A DNA stretch of 8,483 nt from Okeania sp. (GTDB lineage: Bacteria; Cyanobacteriota; Cyanobacteriia; Cyanobacteriales; Microcoleaceae), in the NCBI RefSeq assembly GCF_035285525.1, contig NZ_JAYKGW010000068.1:1-8483 (forward strand), in the 5' to 3' direction. Position 1 is the first letter of the stretch, and each line of letters opens with the position of its first letter. The notes beneath the pieces are model-generated. The model was not told the origin of the DNA, did not search any database, and saw only the letters and a program-made list of their open reading frames with translations. Made by a program: the position numbers and the translations under genes. Shown piece by piece: positions 5,852-8,483 of the stretch.

Positions 5852-5980
5852 AAAAACCTAACCCCCCAACCCCCTTCCCTCCCAGGGAAGGGGGAGAAAG
5901 ACTCCCCTCTCCTTGTAGGAGAGGGGTTGGGGGAGAGGTCTTCTAGACCTGACTCAAATACCCACAATTTTGGTCTAGAC
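5852..5980. repeat. GC-rich double-hairpin repeat element, copy 2 (core inverted relative to copy 1, 5852-5941; arm 5960-5980)
   Basis: The reverse complement of 5852-5941 is AGACCTCTCCCCCAACCCCTCTCCTACAAGGAGAGGGGAG...CCCCCTTCCCTGGGAGGGAAGGGGGTTGGGGGGTTAGGTTTTT, which matches the core at 2556-2644. The arm ACCCACAATTTTGGTCTAGAC matches 2645-2665 at 20/21 positions but lies in the same plus-strand orientation. The element sits directly 3' of the stop of the 5987-6367 gene, and on the minus strand it ends in T5, so it could act as a terminator. Confidence 0.85.
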
Positions 5981-5986
5981 ACGGCA

Positions 5987-6367
5987 CTACCTAATTTGAA
6001 AAAGCTGTTTCAAAACATCCAGTCGCGAGATATCCCAATAGTCAATATGACTGTTAATCAGTCCATCCGCATTAAGTTTCAATTCGCTCCAACCTGGTAT
6101 TGCCATTCGAGGTTTCCAGGGAGTAGGAGCTGTCCAACTAAGTGTCCAACGGGTTTTAATTACATTTTCCGATTGACTAATATCGTGTAAATCAAGTTGA
6201 ATATCATTAAACCAATTATTCATAAAACCAATCATTTTTTGATAACGAGCTATCCCTTTAAATTTATTTAATGGGTCTTCAAAATCAACATTTTCTGCGT
6301 AAATACTATAAGTTTGATCGATAGGAAATTTTTGATAATCTTGCTTAAGTATTGAAATAATATCCAT
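5987..6367 (-). CDS. DUF2358-like (NTF2/SnoaL-fold) small protein
   Basis: The 126-aa ORF has the block YAENVDFEDPLNKFKGIARYQKMIGF and a later WTLSW...GWSELKLNADGLINSHIDYWD. I recall these as typical of the cyanobacterial/plant DUF2358 family. The assignment is from memory only. Confidence 0.5.
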   Translation of the reverse strand: MDIISILKQDYQKFPIDQTYSIYAENVDFEDPLNKFKGIARYQKMIGFMNNWFNDIQLDLHDISQSENVIKTRWTLSWTAPTPWKPRMAIPGWSELKLNADGLINSHIDYWDISRLDVLKQLFQIR

Positions 6368-6440
6368 TTAATTTATTGCTGATTGTTTTGTTCTTTATTC
6401 AATTTCAAATCTGAAAATATATAGCCATAATAAATCATTC

Positions 6441-6793
6441 CAGAGAAAAAACTGTAGGGATTTAGTCTCCAAACCCAAGCGCAAAGGATTTTGTCTCCAA
6501 ACCCCTACGATAAAATATTAAAACCTATTAAAGATTGCTATATTTTTAACTAATAACTGAAAAGATTTAACTTGCTTTGATCAAGTAAGGTTTTAACCCA
6601 AGGTAATTATCCATTATCTATTATTCAAGAGAAAAAAACTGTAGGGATTTTGTCTCCAAACCCCTACGATAAAATATTAAAACCTATTAAAGATTGCTAT
6701 ATTTTAACTAATAATTGGAAAGACTTACAAAAGGTATGACAGCCTTCTAGGCTGTGTTACAAAGGTTTTAATTACAGGTAATTATCAATTATC
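6441..6793. repeat. Tandem duplication of a ~170-185 bp intergenic unit (unit 1 at 6441-6618, unit 2 at 6626-6793)
   Basis: Both units share AGAGAAAAAACTGTAGGGATTT...GGATTTTGTCTCCAAACCCCTACGATAAAATATTAAAACCTATTAAAGATTGCTATATTTT (6486-6546 against 6645-6704, nearly identical). Both also share ends GGTTTTAA(CCC/TTA)(A/C)AGGTAATTATC(C/A)ATTATC. Unit 1 carries an extra internal duplication of about 27 nt (GGATTTAGTCTCCAAACCC AAGCGCAAA GGATTTTGTCTCCAAACCC). Confidence 0.8.
6632..6667 (-). terminator. Intrinsic terminator-like hairpin on the minus strand, downstream of the 6799-7362 gene
   Basis: The minus strand reads GTAGGGGTTT-GGAGACA-AAATCCCTAC (a 10-bp stem including one G-U pair, 7-nt loop) followed by AG and T7. 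A second small hairpin, ACAGCC-TTCTA-GGCTGT, lies at 6740-6756. Confidence 0.5.
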
Positions 6794-6798
6794 AATTA

Positions 6799-7362
6799 TT
6801 AATTATCTTCATACCATAAACGCTCTAACTGATAACGCCAAGCTGACAAAGTTTTTTCCCGATATTCTAAATTCATATCTATTTCTCCCATTAAACCTTC
6901 TGCATAAAAACGTTCTAAAGTTTGCATAGTTGCTTCTAAAGTTTGTCCTTGGAGTTTTGCTGCCTTAATTACTTGACGAATTTGATTTTCTATTACTTCA
7001 TTAAAATAACCAGATATACCTTGCTCTTTTAAATCAAGTAATCTTTGAATAGCCTCTCTAAAATCTGCCACTGTTAATGTATAAAAATTATACTGAAATA
7101 CTCCCCAAAGAACATTTTCATAGATAGCATAACGAGTTTCTAAAGTAACATCAAAATTAGCTTCAAGTAACTTTTCAAAAAAAGGTTGAGCATCTTCTTT
7201 AGGAGCAATTGGTATTAATATTCTCAACCAACTTTTGTCATCTGAGATAAGAATTAAAAGTCGAAACTTATCCGTTTCTATTTGCCATGAATTAGGTGAT
7301 AGAGTTTGAATAGATGCTCCAAATATATTTTGTAGTGTTTGAGTAATTTCTAATAAATTCAT
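6799..7362 (-). CDS. Hypothetical protein: N-terminal CesT/SycE/YbjN-like (type III chaperone-fold) domain plus a C-terminal helical extension
   Basis: 187-aa ORF. Its predicted secondary-structure rhythm is strands WQIETD, FRLLILISDD and WLRILIPIA, helix FFEKLLEANFD, strands RYAIYENVLWGVFQY, then helix DFREAIQRLLDL. This matches the alpha-beta3-alpha-beta2-alpha chaperone-like fold. The call is pattern recognition only. Confidence 0.4.
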   Translation of the reverse strand: MNLLEITQTLQNIFGASIQTLSPNSWQIETDKFRLLILISDDKSWLRILIPIAPKEDAQPFFEKLLEANFDVTLETRYAIYENVLWGVFQYNFYTLTVADFREAIQRLLDLKEQGISGYFNEVIENQIRQVIKAAKLQGQTLEATMQTLERFYAEGLMGEIDMNLEYREKTLSAWRYQLERLWYEDN

Positions 7363-7617
7363 AGTATATAAGTTTAATTAATATAGCGCTACGCCCTAGG
7401 GAATAGCGAACAGGGAACACTTAACTGGAAACAGGAGACTATCAAAGGGTTCTTCGTATAGGGAAATGCTCCACAAACAGAATTTAGAAATGTCCTAACT
7501 TTTGCTTCAATTTCTATAATTAACAATTAATAATTACCTCTTATTAAAGTGGATCATACTTCAGTGAGGTATACCTGTCGCGAGCAAGATGCTAGACACA
7601 TTTAATTCTGATCTAAT

Positions 7618-7712
7618 AGACATTTCCAGAAATAAAAAATTAAATCAATTATCGTACAAAAATCATCTATTCTTTCCCCCTACTCCCTACTCCCTCTTTT
7701 CTGGAGATGTCT
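7618..7712. repeat. Module bounded by an inverted repeat and enclosing C-rich heptamers (third example in the window)
   Basis: The inverted repeat is AGACATTTCCAGAAA (7618-7632) and TTTCTGGAGATGTCT (7698-7712), 14/15 complementary. It encloses CCCTACT CCCTACT CCCTCTT at 7678-7698. Confidence 0.7.
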
Positions 7713-7718
7713 AATGAT

Positions 7719-7748
7719 AAACCCCCAGATTTTAACCGGGGGTTTTTT
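7719..7748. terminator. Hairpin flanked by A-rich and T-rich runs, about 80 nt downstream of the 7825-8483 gene; a possible bidirectional intrinsic terminator
   Basis: AAACCCCC-AGATTTTAACC-GGGGGTTT is followed by TTT on the plus strand. On the minus strand the same stem is followed by TTTATCATT. Confidence 0.55.
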
Positions 7749-7782
7749 ACCTAATAGAAGTTAGAAATAACGCTACACCGAA

Positions 7783-7790
7783 GCGATCGC
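7783..7790. repeat. HIP1 octamer GCGATCGC (single occurrence)
   Basis: Exact match to the highly iterated palindrome typical of many cyanobacterial genomes. Confidence 0.8.
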
Positions 7791-7824
7791 TACTTCTTTA
7801 TTGAACTAATAAACCACTAAATTT

Positions 7825-8483
7825 TTAGCCCATCCATTCGAGAACAGCTTCTTCTTTAGTATTAGTACGACGATCTGGAGTTTCACGATTAAACTTCATG
7901 TGAATAGAGCGGTTTTGTTCACCATCAACTGCTACTGCCATGATTGGATAATCAATCAAACCATCAGGGAAAGCCATTTGGAACCGGAATGTACCATCAG
8001 GATTCAATTTAATAGGTCGTCCACCGATGGTAACAGTGGCATCAGGTTCAGTTGCACCGTGGATAATAAGTTCAGCATCAGCAACTAACCAGAACTTGCG
8101 GGGACGAACTGGTGGCATGGAGGCAGCAACACCAGACATATTCATGCCCATACCGGAAGTGGTTAAACCAATACCAGACATATTCATGCCCATACCGGAA
8201 GTGGTTAAACCAATACCTGACATATTCATACCCATACCGGAAGCAGTTAAACCCATACCGGACATACTCATACCCATACCGGAAGCAGTTAAACCCATAC
8301 CGGACATACTCATACCCATACCAGAAGCAGTTAAACCCATACCAGAAGTTGTTAAACCTACACCTGACATTCCGATACCCATACCAGAAGCAGTTAAACC
8401 TATTCCAGAAGTTGTTAAACCTACACCTGACATTCCGATACCCATACCAGAAGTTGTTAAACCCATACCAGAAGCAGTTAACC
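7825..8483 (-). CDS. 3' part of a gene for a Met/Gly/Ser/Thr-rich tandem-repeat protein with a DUF4912-like conserved C-terminal domain (5' end outside the window)
   Basis: The ORF stays open to the window edge: codons upstream of the listed Met read ..GLTASG, continuing the repeat. The C-terminal 100 aa, PRKFWLVADAELIIHGATEPDATVTIGGRPIKLNPDGTFRFQMAFPDGLIDYPIMAVAVDGEQNRSIHMKFNRET, matches my recollection of the cyanobacterial DUF4912 domain. The upstream part is SG[MIV]G[LMI]xx heptads. Confidence 0.6.
   Translation of the reverse strand, partial: LTASGMGLTTSGMGIGMSGVGLTTSGIGLTASGMGIGMSGVGLTTSGMGLTASGMGMSMSGMGLTASGMGMSMSGMGLTASGMGMNMSGIGLTTSGMGMNMSGIGLTTSGMGMNMSGVAASMPPVRPRKFWLVADAELIIHGATEPDATVTIGGRPIKLNPDGTFRFQMAFPDGLIDYPIMAVAVDGEQNRSIHMKFNRETPDRRTNTKEEAVLEWMG
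8131..8483 (-). repeat. In-frame tandem array of 42-bp (14-aa) units with interspersed 21-bp half units inside the CDS
   Basis: 8131-8172 and 8173-8214 are identical 42-mers. 8215-8256, 8257-8298 and 8299-8340 differ at only a few positions. 8362-8403 and 8425-8466 form a second variant, separated by 21-bp half units (8341-8361 and 8404-8424). Confidence 0.9.

Noticed and set aside
5837-6190. 117-aa plus-strand ORF
   Set aside because: Its N-terminal half (PPSLPGKGEKDSPLLVGEGLGERS) is simply the GC-rich hairpin repeat read as protein. Its C-terminal half is antisense to the DUF2358-like CDS. This is a classic mis-annotation of this repeat family.
6441-6793. Possible CRISPR array, given the repeated GTCTCCAAACCC-containing segments
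   Set aside because: There are only two large units (~170-185 bp period) plus one internal 19-nt duplication with a 9-nt gap. There is no regular alternation of 25-40 bp repeats and spacers, and no cas genes are in the window.
7900-8088. 62-aa plus-strand ORF
   Set aside because: It is antisense inside the conserved C-terminal domain of the 7825-8483 gene and has no supporting signals.
8131-8483. Non-coding satellite or CRISPR-like reading of the 42-bp tandem array
   Set aside because: The period is a multiple of 3. The minus-strand frame is open throughout and continues uninterrupted into a conserved globular C-terminal domain, so it is a coding repeat.

Overview
This AT-rich segment looks like it comes from a filamentous, Nostocales-type cyanobacterium. 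That origin is inferred from a Ycf51-like gene, a cyanobacterial ArsA/Get3-type ATPase with an HSP20-like tail, a DUF2358-like gene, one HIP1 octamer (GCGATCGC), STRR-like heptamer repeats and GC-rich 'GEGLGVRS-type' hairpin repeats. Left to right the window holds: the 3' end of an IS630-family transposase gene (3-128), a Ycf51-like membrane protein (359-880, +), and a MITE-like pair of inverted hairpin repeats (933-1192). Next comes a two-gene accessory module: a STAND/Arch_ATPase-like P-loop NTPase (1223-2539, +) and a protein with a degenerate P-loop-like N-domain plus about 5 TPRs (2769-4070, +). A repeat-dense spacer follows (4071-4482), then ArsA/Get3-family ATPase (4483-5670, -), a DUF2358/NTF2-like protein (5987-6367, -), a tandemly duplicated ~170-185 bp intergenic unit carrying terminator-like hairpins (6441-6793), a CesT/YbjN-fold-like hypothetical (6799-7362, -), and the 3' part of a gene for a Met/Gly/Ser/Thr-rich repeat protein with a DUF4912-like C-terminus (7825-8483, -, open at the window edge). 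The best candidate for a novel system is the NTPase + TPR pair. It resembles an NLR/STAND protein split into two polypeptides, has no recognisable effector domain, is more AT-rich than its housekeeping neighbours, sits near an IS remnant, and both of its genes carry unusual 'insertion plus duplicated flank' scars at their 3' ends. All family assignments come from motif recognition by eye. No database search was run. No tRNA, rRNA or CRISPR array was seen.
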